DNA from: Candidatus Onthoplasma sp.
GTDB lineage: Bacteria > Bacillota > Clostridia > Christensenellales > UBA1242
Direction: 5' to 3'
Assembly (NCBI GenBank): GCA_045126575.1
Contig: JBGVOQ010000005.1
Location: forward strand, 19 to 64,018
DNA: 64,000 nucleotides
Position 1 is the first letter of the stretch, and the number at the start of each line of letters is the position of its first letter. The notes under the pieces were generated by a model, which worked only from the letters and a program-made list of their open reading frames with translations, was not told the origin of the DNA and searched no databases. The translations under genes were made by a program, and so were the position numbers. Below are positions 11,028 to 19,751 of this stretch, in pieces.

Positions 11028-11576
11028 TTAAAGTTCTGCTCCAAATCCAACTTTACAATCCTTGTAACGACTCCAACCATTATTTTTAACCTTAGTTCTC
11101 TTTTTATCGTCAACATCTAGACCGTCCAATTTTTCATCTTTGATAAATTGCTCAACTTCATCTAGAATTGTTTGTTTTTTTGATAAAACCTTGTTACGTT
11201 CCTGAAGTTCATCATTATATATCGTCAATATTTCTCTTGCTAAAGACTTTAAATTATTGAGATCATACATTCGCTCTTTATTCATTTTGCCTTTAACTAT
11301 TTCTAACGCACTAAGTTTAAGCAATGCATTTAAATTTTCCTTGCTGTACTCAACCTCCAAATTGCCTATCACGTCAATTATAAAGTTGGTGTCATCCACT
11401 ATTCCTGGACATGTAATATCAATAGGGAATCCTATAAGCAACAACTTATTTGATGAATGCGCGTACATATAAGCGGTGGCCACGTCCTTATCTGTTAGCA
11501 AGAATTTATCAATGTTATCAAAATCGATAACATCTTTTTTAACTTCCTCAATTGCTTCATACTTATCAGTTATCAT
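11028..11576 (-). CDS. hypothetical protein (182 aa)
   Basis: ORF with an AGAGGT RBS. The C-terminal half is predicted to be coiled-coil-like (KERMYDLNNLKSLAREILTIYNDELQERNKVLSKKQTILDEVEQF). No family recognised. Confidence 0.55.
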   Translation of the reverse strand: MITDKYEAIEEVKKDVIDFDNIDKFLLTDKDVATAYMYAHSSNKLLLIGFPIDITCPGIVDDTNFIIDVIGNLEVEYSKENLNALLKLSALEIVKGKMNKERMYDLNNLKSLAREILTIYNDELQERNKVLSKKQTILDEVEQFIKDEKLDGLDVDDKKRTKVKNNGWSRYKDCKVGFGAEL

Positions 11577-11670
11577 AACATTACCTCTTGCCTAAAGTAT
11601 ACACCACTTATCCACAATTGTCAATACCAAATTACAAAATAAGGAGTAGTTGGCACTCCTTACTTTATAT

Positions 11671-12750
11671 CTATTTATTTAATTTTTCACGAATTAACGC
11701 TTTAAGTTCTGCAATACCTTGGTTATGTTTTGCCTGAATTTTACAACTTGTGTAGCCAAAATCTTCGAGCACACTAAGTTCCATTTTGTTTAAAAGGTCA
11801 CACTTATTATAAACCAAAATACATTTATCCTTGGTTACTTGCAGTTTGGTTAGTTCATCCTCAACAACCTTAAGTTGCTCATATTTATTTTTATCGCTAG
11901 CATCTAGTATAATCAAACATAAGTCCGCATCACGCACTTCCTCAAGGGTTGCCGAAAAGGCATTCATCAGTTCGTGCGGAAGGTTTGATACAAACCCAAC
12001 TGTATCACATAGCACATAACTAGTCCCCTCATCCCACACGTGTTTGGTAAGCACGTCAAGTGTTGCAAACAAACGGTTGTCTGCATAGGTATCCGCCTTA
12101 GTTATTGTGTTCATAAGTGTTGACTTGCCTGCATTAGTGTAGCCAACCAGCGACACCATATATTCGTTGTTTTTACGTTGTTTACGTGTAAGTTGACGCT
12201 TTTGATTAACTTGCTTTAACTCTTTTTCCTTTTTTTGAATATTTTCCTGCACCTTACGTTTATCTAACTCCAACTTAGTTTCTCCCGGGCCACGCATACC
12301 AACTCCGCCACCAAAACGGCCAGCAGTACCCGATATTGCACTAAGGCGAGGCAAACTATACTTAAGTTGTGCAAGTTCCACTTGAAGCTTACCTTCATTT
12401 GACTTTGCTCGGCCTGCAAATATGTCCAATATTAACATTGTTCGGTCGATAACTTTAACACCCAATTCAGTTTGCAAATTACGTAATTGCGAACCAGTCA
12501 ATGACACGTCAAAAATAACCACATCAGCATCCAACTCATTAACCTTATAGGCAATTTCCTCTACCTTACCAGTTCCAATGTACGAATGTGGATTTATCTC
12601 ACGTAAAGTCACATATTCACTACCAACAAAATCAAGCATTGCCGAACGTATAAGTTCCTTCATTTCATGCAGTTCTGTCTTTTGGTCTTGCGAGGAAAAA
12701 TACACCAAAAATGCTTTTTCCTTTTGTATTTCATTTAAATTATATGCCAT
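11671..12750 (-). CDS. hflX: GTPase HflX
   Basis: 359 aa with the HflX N-domain pattern (..IFD..L...Q..NL......[27 protein letters not shown]) followed by a G domain ([21 protein letters not shown]). Confidence 0.88.
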   Translation of the reverse strand: MAYNLNEIQKEKAFLVYFSSQDQKTELHEMKELIRSAMLDFVGSEYVTLREINPHSYIGTGKVEEIAYKVNELDADVVIFDVSLTGSQLRNLQTELGVKVIDRTMLILDIFAGRAKSNEGKLQVELAQLKYSLPRLSAISGTAGRFGGGVGMRGPGETKLELDKRKVQENIQKKEKELKQVNQKRQLTRKQRKNNEYMVSLVGYTNAGKSTLMNTITKADTYADNRLFATLDVLTKHVWDEGTSYVLCDTVGFVSNLPHELMNAFSATLEEVRDADLCLIILDASDKNKYEQLKVVEDELTKLQVTKDKCILVYNKCDLLNKMELSVLEDFGYTSCKIQAKHNQGIAELKALIREKLNK

Positions 12751-12904
12751 ATATCCTCCTAGTAAAAATGAAAGTATTAAGACGCCTTACGCCTTATGAA
12801 AATATGATAAGTGCTATCGCAGATAAAGTCGACAAACCTCGTTTGCTTATTATGGAATTTATGACCAATCCTTAATTCTTCACTACTCATTTTTCATTCT
12901 TCAT

Positions 12905-13792
12905 TTAATACAAATGCTTTGGGTACATACCCTTACTTTTCATATCAACAATTGCTTGCTTAAATTGTTCAAGGTCTTCCTTGTATGTAATACCATACCA
13001 CTTTGCCTTTGTTGTACCAACACGCAACTTAATTTCACCGGATTTAATCATCTTATTAACTTCATCCGGCAACAAAAATTCACCTTTAAGCAATGCTTCC
13101 TTTGACTGCGCAAAGAATATTTCAAAGTCCTTAGCAATCCTATCCATCAACTTTTTGCTAAAACCAAACATATTCATAGAAACCAGTGTATTAGCGCTAA
13201 TTTCGCTCCACTTATCTTGATTGAGTGGTGTAGCAATAACCTTGCCATCTTTTACTTGAATTTCGCTTTCAACCAAATCGGTCGCATGGCCGTTTACAAA
13301 GTGTAATATTCCACGTTTTACACTACCCTGGTCGCTTAGTGTATTGGTAACCAAAAATCCAGCATTTAAGAACTCATCATCCTTACTATTTTTTAAGAAA
13401 TCCGCCACCAACTTAAATGACTCGTATCCATAAAAATCATCTGCATTAATAACAGCAAATCTATCTGCAACAATATCCTTACAGCAATATAATGCGTGCG
13501 CCGTACCCCATGGCTTAACACGCTCTGGCATACTAAAACCGCTTGGCACAACATCCATACCCTGAAAAGCATATACAACTGGCACAACTTGGCTTAGGCG
13601 TTTACCAACAGTTGCCTTAAAATACTCATAATTTTCCTCTTTGATAATAAGCACAATCCTGTCAAACCCTGCCTTTACCGCATCATAAATTGAATAATCT
13701 AAAATAAAGTTTTTATCCTCATCAATAGGCTCTACTTGTTTAAGTCCGCCAAATCGGCTTCCCATCCCCGCCGCCATAACTACTAAATCCAT
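12905..13792 (-). CDS. sugar-phosphate nucleotidyltransferase family protein
   Basis: 295 aa. The N-terminal MAAGMGSRFGG.KQ signature (G-x-G-t-R-f) and INADDFYG are typical of NTP_transferase-fold enzymes. Substrate unknown. Confidence 0.7.
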   Translation of the reverse strand: MDLVVMAAGMGSRFGGLKQVEPIDEDKNFILDYSIYDAVKAGFDRIVLIIKEENYEYFKATVGKRLSQVVPVVYAFQGMDVVPSGFSMPERVKPWGTAHALYCCKDIVADRFAVINADDFYGYESFKLVADFLKNSKDDEFLNAGFLVTNTLSDQGSVKRGILHFVNGHATDLVESEIQVKDGKVIATPLNQDKWSEISANTLVSMNMFGFSKKLMDRIAKDFEIFFAQSKEALLKGEFLLPDEVNKMIKSGEIKLRVGTTKAKWYGITYKEDLEQFKQAIVDMKSKGMYPKHLY

Positions 13793-13830
13793 ATTTTATC
13801 TCCTTTTAATATACTTGTAAGTATGTTTTT

Positions 13831-13859
13831 ATTATATAAAAGTTGCAAACTATTGTCAA
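13831..13859 (-). promoter_or_regulatory. sigma-A promoter for the nucleotidyltransferase(-hflX) unit
   Basis: Minus strand: TTGACA (13859..13854), 17 nt, TATAAT (13836..13831). Confidence 0.6.
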
Positions 13860-13963
13860 ACATTATTTATCCTAATTTACAATCCAGTTTCCACATTTAA
13901 ACAATGTATAAACCTGCAGTTGATAATTAAACCTACAATATCTATACAGCGTGTGCAGGGCAA

Positions 13964-13990
13964 TGAAAAAAACTCTACCGAAGTAGAGTT
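13964..13990 (-). terminator. Rho-independent terminator after the 74-aa membrane gene
   Basis: Minus strand: AACTCTAC-TTCG-GTAGAGTT, followed by TTTTTTT. Confidence 0.7.
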
Positions 13991-14008
13991 CTTAGTATCA
14001 ACCTAAAA

Positions 14009-14233
14009 TTATGCTAATACAGTTAAATCTTTACTAGCAATAATAGTAACTAGGTCAATAATGTAGAATAATGGGCATAGGATAATGTTTAAAATTAAAC
14101 CTAACCAATTTCCACGCATAGCTCTGGTTACAATACCAAATAATACATTTGTAAATGGAATAATAGCCAAAATCAAGCTAATAATCCAATCTAAACCAAA
14201 GTATGCTTTTTGAGATGATTTTCTACTTGCCAT
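14009..14233 (-). CDS. small membrane protein (74 aa, 2 predicted TM helices)
   Basis: Two hydrophobic stretches (WIISLILAIIPFTNVLFGIV, LGLILNIILCPLFYIIDLVTII). AAAGGAG RBS. Confidence 0.55.
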   Translation of the reverse strand: MASRKSSQKAYFGLDWIISLILAIIPFTNVLFGIVTRAMRGNWLGLILNIILCPLFYIIDLVTIIASKDLTVLA

Positions 14234-14477
14234 ATTACACTCCTTTCAATACTAGTAATATAGCATACAGCAAGTTTTTATGTCAAATAAATTTAGCGTA
14301 TTTTATAATATTTTGTAAAAAACATCCCTACAATACAATCCTACAACTAAAAGCAAAAACTCGCAGTGAGCAATTTTCCCTAAATCACCTTTGAATAAAT
14401 CATTCAAATTCCAACCCCCTACCACGCAGTTAGCCCGTACTAAAACATAATAAATTAAATTTATATTTAAAATATCA

Positions 14478-14506
14478 TTGACAAAAGCAAAAAAAGGGGT
14501 TAAACT
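14478..14506 (+). promoter_or_regulatory. sigma-A promoter for lysS
   Basis: TTGACA (14478..14483), 17 nt, TAAACT (14501..14506). The leader is only about 30 nt. Confidence 0.5.
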
Positions 14507-14539
14507 ATATAGCAAATAACAGCAAAAAGGATAAAATGT

Positions 14540-16018
14540 ATGGAAAATATTGAATTAACTAACATTCAACGCGAAGCAGATGAAGTTAATGCTAGACGTG
14601 AAAAAATATTAAGCATGAAGGAAAATGGCTTAATACCTTATAAGGACAGGTTTGAGCGCACACATACCATCTTGGAAGCACGCTCACTTAATGATGGCGA
14701 CAAATGCCGTGTTTGCGGTCGTGTTACCGGTCGCAGAGGTTTTGGCAAACTTATGTTCCTAGATTTATTTGATGTGTATGCAAAAATACAACTCGAAGTA
14801 ACACTTAATAATTTAGGCGAAGAAAAGTTTGCTGAAATCAAAAAATATTTAGACGTTGGTGATTTTGTTGGTGTTGAAGGTGAAATTTGTCACACTAAGG
14901 TTGGTGAATTGACTATAAGATGTTTTGATTTTACAATTTTATCTAAAACACTTCGACCATTACCAGAAAAATTCCACGGAGTTAAAGATGATGACATTAG
15001 ATATCGCCAAAGATATTTAGATTGTATTTCAAACGAGAAAACACGCGAAACATTAAAAAATCGTATTAAGGCAGTTAAGTTTATTCGTGATTTTATGGAT
15101 AAAAATGGATTTGTGGAAGTTGAAACACCTATCCTTCAAGGAGTTGCAAGCGGTGCGGCGGCTAAACCTTTTATTACCAAACACAATGCATTGGATAAAG
15201 ATTTCTATCTACGAATTGCTCCAGAACTTGCATTGAAGGAAATTATTGCATGCGGATTTGATCGTGTTTATGAAATTGGCAAAAACTTCCGTAACGAAGG
15301 TATGGACCCTTCTCACCTACAAGAATTTACCGTAATAGAATGGTACGCTGCTTACTGGAATTTTGAAGATAATATTAAATTCTCAACCGAATTATTCCAA
15401 GGTCTTGTAAAACACATCACTGGTGGATTAACTGTCAACTATCAAGGCACCGAACTTAATTTTGAAAATATCGAGCATATTGATTATTGCGCAAGCTTGT
15501 CTGAAATTTTAGGTGCAAACATTCTCGATTTTACCGATTTAGCAGAATTAAAAAGTGTTATCCTTGCTAAACACCTAGTAGATGACGGGGAACTGGAAGG
15601 TGCTAAGTCAATACCTGCCACAATCGACTTATTGTTTAAGCGTGTACTACGTAACAAGTTGATTCAACCATGTATTGTATACAACTACCCTGCATGCCTA
15701 GTTCCTCTAGCACGCCGTAACGATAAGGACCCTCGTATTATTGACATGTTCCAATTTGTTGCAAATGGTGTTGAACTAGACAAGGCTTATTCGGAACTTG
15801 TTGACCCATTAATTCAACGTGAAGCATTTGAAGAACAAGCACGTAACAGAGCAAATGGTGATGATGAAAGTTTTGGCGTAGATGAAGATTTCTTACTTGC
15901 CATGGAACATGGTATGCCACCAATTTCAGGTTTAGGATTTGGTATTGACCGTATCGTAGCAATACTAACCGACCAACAAACATTGCGTGATACAATTTTC
16001 TTCCCATTAGTAAAATAA
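14540..16018 (+). CDS. lysS: lysine--tRNA ligase (class II)
   Basis: 492 aa with an OB-fold N-domain and class II motifs (..FRNEG.., GMPPISGLGFGIDR). Collinear with bacterial LysS. Confidence 0.93.
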   Translation: MENIELTNIQREADEVNARREKILSMKENGLIPYKDRFERTHTILEARSLNDGDKCRVCGRVTGRRGFGKLMFLDLFDVYAKIQLEVTLNNLGEEKFAEIKKYLDVGDFVGVEGEICHTKVGELTIRCFDFTILSKTLRPLPEKFHGVKDDDIRYRQRYLDCISNEKTRETLKNRIKAVKFIRDFMDKNGFVEVETPILQGVASGAAAKPFITKHNALDKDFYLRIAPELALKEIIACGFDRVYEIGKNFRNEGMDPSHLQEFTVIEWYAAYWNFEDNIKFSTELFQGLVKHITGGLTVNYQGTELNFENIEHIDYCASLSEILGANILDFTDLAELKSVILAKHLVDDGELEGAKSIPATIDLLFKRVLRNKLIQPCIVYNYPACLVPLARRNDKDPRIIDMFQFVANGVELDKAYSELVDPLIQREAFEEQARNRANGDDESFGVDEDFLLAMEHGMPPISGLGFGIDRIVAILTDQQTLRDTIFFPLVK

Positions 16019-16087
16019 TCAACATTTTAATAAATTTTAAAATATAAAAATTTCCGCTTTAATTAGCGGATTTTTTTGTTTACGTTA

Positions 16088-16116
16088 TTGACTAATTGTG
16101 TGTTTGATTATATAAT
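16088..16116 (+). promoter_or_regulatory. sigma-A promoter placed for a leaderless queH mRNA
   Basis: TTGACT (16088..16093), 17 nt, TATAAT (16111..16116), then only 6 nt (ATCATT) before ATG 16123. No Shine-Dalgarno sequence. Confidence 0.55.
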
Positions 16117-16122
16117 ATCATT

Positions 16123-16713
16123 ATGCAAAAAGTGGATTATAATCAAAAAATGAAACAACAAATATCTCAGTTGTCAGGCAAGCCAAAACTCTTGCTTCAT
16201 GTTTGCTGTGCACCATGCAGTTCGGCAGTCCTTGAAAAATTAACAAATCATTTTGATATTACACTATTTTACTTTAACCCAAATACTTATCCACTAAGTG
16301 AATATAACTTGCGTGCACAGCAGTTTGCCAAACTTACCAATCTTCCAATAATTGTGTGCGATTATGACCATAGCCAGTTTTTAGAAACAATCAAGGGCTA
16401 TGAACATAACAAGGAAGGCGAAACACGTTGCCAAAAATGTATTGAACTGCGTATGCTAAAAACTTTTGAATATGCTAAGGCAAACAATTTTGATATGGTT
16501 ACCACCACCCTATCAATCAGTCCACACAAGGACCATATATTTATCAACCTTTGTGGCGAACAGTTGCAACAAAAATTTGATATCCCCTACCTTTATGCCG
16601 ACTTTAAAAAGGAAAATGGTTATCTTAACAGTATACAATTAAGCAAACAGTTTGACCTTTACCGTCAGGACTATTGCGGTTGCGAATTTTCTATAAATAA
16701 GCACAATAAATAA
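16123..16713 (+). CDS. queH: epoxyqueuosine reductase QueH (DUF208 family)
   Basis: 196 aa with LLLHVCCAPCSS, a CQKC motif, and a C-terminal DYCGCEFS. Confidence 0.8.
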   Translation: MQKVDYNQKMKQQISQLSGKPKLLLHVCCAPCSSAVLEKLTNHFDITLFYFNPNTYPLSEYNLRAQQFAKLTNLPIIVCDYDHSQFLETIKGYEHNKEGETRCQKCIELRMLKTFEYAKANNFDMVTTTLSISPHKDHIFINLCGEQLQQKFDIPYLYADFKKENGYLNSIQLSKQFDLYRQDYCGCEFSINKHNK

Positions 16714-16807
16714 GGACCTATTCGATATGTCTGGCCAAGTTATTGAGGTTAAAAATTGAATTTAAACAAAAAATATTTAATTTTTTACAAAAAGTTTTAA
16801 AAAAGCG

Positions 16808-16836
16808 TTGACATTATATTTATGATGTGCTATTAT
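16808..16836 (+). promoter_or_regulatory. sigma-A promoter (extended -10) for the tRNA-Ala / tRNA-Ile unit
   Basis: TTGACA (16808..16813), 17 nt ending in TGc, TATTAT (16831..16836). The tRNA-Ala 5' end lies about 20 nt downstream. Confidence 0.6.
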
Positions 16837-16855
16837 AATAATGCATTTGATGCAT

Positions 16856-16932
16856 GGGGGTATAGCTCAGTTGGCTAGAGCACCTGCCTTGCAAGCAGGG
16901 GGTCAGCGGTTCGAATCCGCTTATCTCCACCA
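16856..16932 (+). tRNA. tRNA-Ala (anticodon TGC)
   Basis: Hand-folded cloverleaf: acceptor GGGGGTA/TATCTCC with G3-U70, anticodon loop CTTGCAA, T-loop GGTTCGAATCC, encoded CCA. Confidence 0.9.
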
Positions 16933-16946
16933 AAATCAAATGCACA

Positions 16947-17140
16947 AATTTAATATAGGAGTGTAGCTCAGCAGGTTAGAGCACCACCCTGTAGCCGAGC
17001 AATTTATTGCGAACGCCAAGGTTCTTGAGTTTTACGAAAGGTTCTTCTAAGGTGTCACACCTTATCAGCCCTAAGTAACAACACAGCACCTAAACAATTT
17101 AATATAGGAGTGTAGCTCAGCAGGTTAGAGCACCACCCTG
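16947..17140 (+). repeat. perfect 45-bp direct repeat (16947..16991 and 17096..17140), period 149 bp
   Basis: AATTTAATATAGGAGTGTAGCTCAGCAGGTTAGAGCACCACCCTG occurs twice. The repeat is 10 nt of upstream flank plus tRNA-Ile positions 1-34. Checked base by base. Confidence 0.95.
16957..16991 (+). pseudogene. truncated tRNA-Ile 5' half (positions 1-34 only)
   Basis: Identical to the 5' half of the functional tRNA-Ile up to anticodon base G34, then diverges (TAGCCGAGC...). No 3' anticodon-stem strand, T-arm or acceptor 3' strand follows. Confidence 0.85.
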
Positions 17141-17182
17141 ATAAGGTGGGGGTCGGTGGTTCGAGTCCACTCATTCCTACCA
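17106..17182 (+). tRNA. tRNA-Ile (anticodon GAT)
   Basis: Acceptor AGGAGTG/CATTCCT, D-arm GCTC..GAGC, anticodon arm CCACC-CTGATAA-GGTGG, T-arm GGTGG-TTCGAGT-CCACT, encoded CCA. Confidence 0.9.
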
Positions 17183-17189
17183 GATAATT

Positions 17190-17213
17190 TCACTCGTTAT
17201 GAGTGATTTTTTT
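17190..17213 (+). terminator. Rho-independent terminator of the tRNA unit
   Basis: TCACTC-GTTAT-GAGTGA, followed by TTTTTTT. Confidence 0.7.
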
Positions 17214-17214
17214 A

Positions 17215-17245
17215 TTAAAAAACCATAATCTTAATAATTATGGTT
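17215..17245 (-). terminator. Rho-independent terminator after the P-loop gene
   Basis: Minus strand: AACCATAAT-loop-ATTATGGTT, followed by TTTTT. Confidence 0.65.
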
Positions 17246-17262
17246 CCCTTTTACTTGCGTTA

Positions 17263-18138
17263 TTATAAATTAACATTTGATATATTAACTTGTTCTATTT
17301 CATTGCATATCAATTTTAATTCGTTCCAGTCAATAGTATCTCCATCAATAAGTCCAGCCACATTTATAGTTTGGGTTGCCAATTCATGATTTTGACCTGA
17401 TTTAATAAGTAAATTATTTATTTCTAAATTACCTCCTGCCTTTTTCATTGAAGTTTCGTAATTTTGAGGCAATTCTAATTCAACAATATTTTTGAATGAT
17501 TTGAGCGCTTCCTGAATGTGTTTAAATCCAACTTTTGTTAAATCAATATGTTGAATATATAGTTTTTCATCTATTTCTCTAAATTGTTTGTCTAATTTAA
17601 GATATTCATCATCTAAAGAAATTGACATACCCCCACCCATGTCTATAATGCAAGCAAAATCTATCTGCTGAGTTAATGCTTGTAATAGTTGGTTTTCAAA
17701 TTGTTTTTGATAAAAATGCCAGGCAGCAATTCCAAATTTATCTCTTAAAAAATTTGATATTTGCTCATTATAACCTAAATCTTCATAGTTTGGGAGATTT
17801 GGAAGTAACGTTCTCATTTCAATTTGCCTATCACAAACCCAGTCATCATTTTTTAATTTATTAATTTTTGCTTTTATTTCTTCTTTTTTAGAATCCTGAC
17901 AAGATATTAGTTCATTCTTCCAGTATTCAATATCCTCACGAATCCTTGTTTGCTGTTTTTTTATTTCTTCTATAGTTTTTGGACAATTTCTCATTATATC
18001 GGTCGTTATTACAGGCAAATTATTTCTTCTCGACAATTCACTAGAAATTAATGATTTGCCCGCTCCAATAGGGCCAATTAAAACAATTGACTCTTCACGG
18101 GCACGCTCGACTCCGATTCTTTCAATTTCATTAGTCAT
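17263..18138 (-). CDS. P-loop NTPase / kinase-fold protein of unknown function
   Basis: 291 aa. Walker A GPIGAGKS at residues 22-29, a later IIDMGGG motif reminiscent of shikimate/NMP-kinase folds, and a charged helical insert (residues about 55-100). It has its own promoter-like ATGACA-17-TAAAAT upstream. Confidence 0.55.
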   Translation of the reverse strand: MTNEIERIGVERAREESIVLIGPIGAGKSLISSELSRRNNLPVITTDIMRNCPKTIEEIKKQQTRIREDIEYWKNELISCQDSKKEEIKAKINKLKNDDWVCDRQIEMRTLLPNLPNYEDLGYNEQISNFLRDKFGIAAWHFYQKQFENQLLQALTQQIDFACIIDMGGGMSISLDDEYLKLDKQFREIDEKLYIQHIDLTKVGFKHIQEALKSFKNIVELELPQNYETSMKKAGGNLEINNLLIKSGQNHELATQTINVAGLIDGDTIDWNELKLICNEIEQVNISNVNL

Positions 18139-18317
18139 TTTTTACCACCCTTGTTTTTTGTATTTTAACATAAATTTCATGCTTTGTCATTATTTTTAGT
18201 AAAATTTCTTGGTTCGGATATAAAAACTTGTAGTCTACCAAAAAGCTCATCACGAATTTTGTTATTTATTGCAAATAATATTAATTAACAATCTCTTTTG
18301 TAGGCATTTTAAATTTA

Positions 18318-19751
18318 TTATTTTATTTTTTCAAAATATTTTATTAATGATTTTTTTGCAAAGTCAGTATTTACATACATCAACCATCTAAGTTCTGCGT
18401 TGTTTTTGATTTCTCCAAGCTTATCTTTTTCTACAATGATTTCCACCTGGTCACCATCATAAAGTTGGGTATACGGCGGTGATTTGGTTTTGGAATTGTT
18501 AATAATTGCATACCTAAACCCTAAACCAATTTCCTTATGAATTTTAAATGCAAAATCTAGTACGGTGCTATCCTTTGGCATATATTTTTCCTCACCGCTT
18601 TTTGTTACAACTTTGATAAGTTCAACGTCCAATTCCTCAATACTGTCACTATCCCACAAGTCATCATCTTGACCTTGCAGTGTTCCATTACGCTGCAACT
18701 GATAGTCCGACATGGACATAATATAAAGATTATAAATATTATAAAAATTGTCACATAATTGATAGTATGGCCTTTTGGTAAACGAACCCATTTTGGCATC
18801 AATTACTTTAACTTCAGTTGCCAAATTTTTGTTAATAATATTTAAAGTTTTGTTGATAGCTTCCTTATGATTTTTATTTTTGTACAGTAGGTAAATATTA
18901 TAGTTTGCAACGTGCAATATTTGGTCTTGCGAAATTTTAGATATGCTCACACTTTTAAAAATTTTTCTAACATCATCATACACCTTGTACTCTCGTACAT
19001 CTTTAAACTTAATATCACGTATATACGTGCCTGCAAATGCTTCCTTAAAGCGTATTTCCAAATTTTCAATATTGCGTTTATTGGATATATGATAATCGGT
19101 ATACTGTTGCAAAAAATTTTGAGCAGTTAGCCTATATTTAATTTTAAAACACTCATTTGCAATTGCCCTGTAGAAGTACTCGGAGTTTTGCACTTTTGCA
19201 ATAGGCAGAATCCATTTTTCAGTTTCTTTAACTTTTTCAAGTTGCTTACTGTAATCAAAACAGTCTATTGTTCTTAGGTTATGCAGCCTATCGGCAAATT
19301 TAATACAAAAGCCAGCCGGATTTTTTTTACCAATTGCAATCAACTTTTTAAACGACTGTTCCTCTATGGATGCTTTTTCAAAATCTTCCAATTCATACAA
19401 ATTATCTTTGTCAAAAACATACTTAGCCTGGTCTATCGCACTAACGCAATCCACCATCTCCGCAATGTCATCACCAAACTCGCTAGCAATAGTTTGCAAA
19501 TCACAATCACAATCCTCCACCACATCATGCAACATAGCAGCACTCACAACACTTTCATCAAAATTCAGTTTTGCCAAAATCAGCGCAACATCTACAGGAT
19601 GGCCAATGTACGGAGTCCCATCTTTACGAGTTTGAGTTCCGTGCAAACGTTTTGCAAAATTATATGCCTTATTAACCAAAGCCAGGGCCTTATGATCTTC
19701 TAGGAAAAATGCAGCAATCTCGTTAAATTTAGATTCAATCTGCTTAAACAT
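18318..19751 (-). CDS. Rel/SpoT-homolog: HD (p)ppGpp-hydrolase domain, degenerate synthetase-like region and TGS; no C-terminal regulatory domains
   Basis: 477 aa. HD domain: HGTQTRKDGTPYIGHPVDVA...MLHDVVEDC...FADRLHNLRT. TGS: IKVVTKSGEEKYMPKDSTVLDFAFKIHKEIG...LYDGDQVEIIV. The middle region lacks the RelA_SpoT catalytic motifs as I read it. ATG 19751 overlaps the upstream gene's stop by 8 nt (ATGTTTAA). Confidence 0.75.
   Translation of the reverse strand: MFKQIESKFNEIAAFFLEDHKALALVNKAYNFAKRLHGTQTRKDGTPYIGHPVDVALILAKLNFDESVVSAAMLHDVVEDCDCDLQTIASEFGDDIAEMVDCVSAIDQAKYVFDKDNLYELEDFEKASIEEQSFKKLIAIGKKNPAGFCIKFADRLHNLRTIDCFDYSKQLEKVKETEKWILPIAKVQNSEYFYRAIANECFKIKYRLTAQNFLQQYTDYHISNKRNIENLEIRFKEAFAGTYIRDIKFKDVREYKVYDDVRKIFKSVSISKISQDQILHVANYNIYLLYKNKNHKEAINKTLNIINKNLATEVKVIDAKMGSFTKRPYYQLCDNFYNIYNLYIMSMSDYQLQRNGTLQGQDDDLWDSDSIEELDVELIKVVTKSGEEKYMPKDSTVLDFAFKIHKEIGLGFRYAIINNSKTKSPPYTQLYDGDQVEIIVEKDKLGEIKNNAELRWLMYVNTDFAKKSLIKYFEKIK

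Noticed and set aside
11608-11616. Perfect DnaA-box consensus TTATCCACA in the hflX / 182-aa-gene spacer (possible oriC)
   Set aside because: It is a single isolated box. About 0.5 occurrences of any given 9-mer are expected in 64 kb on both strands. There is no box cluster, AT-rich unwinding element or dnaA/dnaN nearby, and gene orientation does not switch here.
14203-14515. ORFs 14203..14394 (+) and 14303..14515 (-) in the lysS upstream spacer
   Set aside because: They have no RBS, overlap each other and the lysS promoter, and their translations look like AT-rich noise. The roughly 240-nt spacer is left unannotated.
14234-14539. T-box or other riboswitch leaders upstream of the aminoacyl-tRNA synthetase genes (lysS here; also aspS 39112..39258 and glyQS 59746..59930)
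   Set aside because: The leaders are too short. Promoters lie about 30-130 nt from the starts, and I found no T-box sequence (AANNNGGTGGNACCGCG-like) or terminator/antiterminator pair. The hairpins present are terminators of the upstream genes.
16992-17140. Possibility that the first tRNA-Ile half plus spacer is an intron-containing tRNA (group I or archaeal-type intron at the anticodon)
   Set aside because: The only available 3' exon follows the second, complete copy, so 'splicing' would merely recreate the downstream gene. The 149-nt interval is shorter than the smallest group I introns I know of (about 200 nt). I see no P7/P3-like guanosine-binding core or bulge-helix-bulge motif. The 10 nt of upstream flank is duplicated too, which fits a DNA duplication or recombination event instead.
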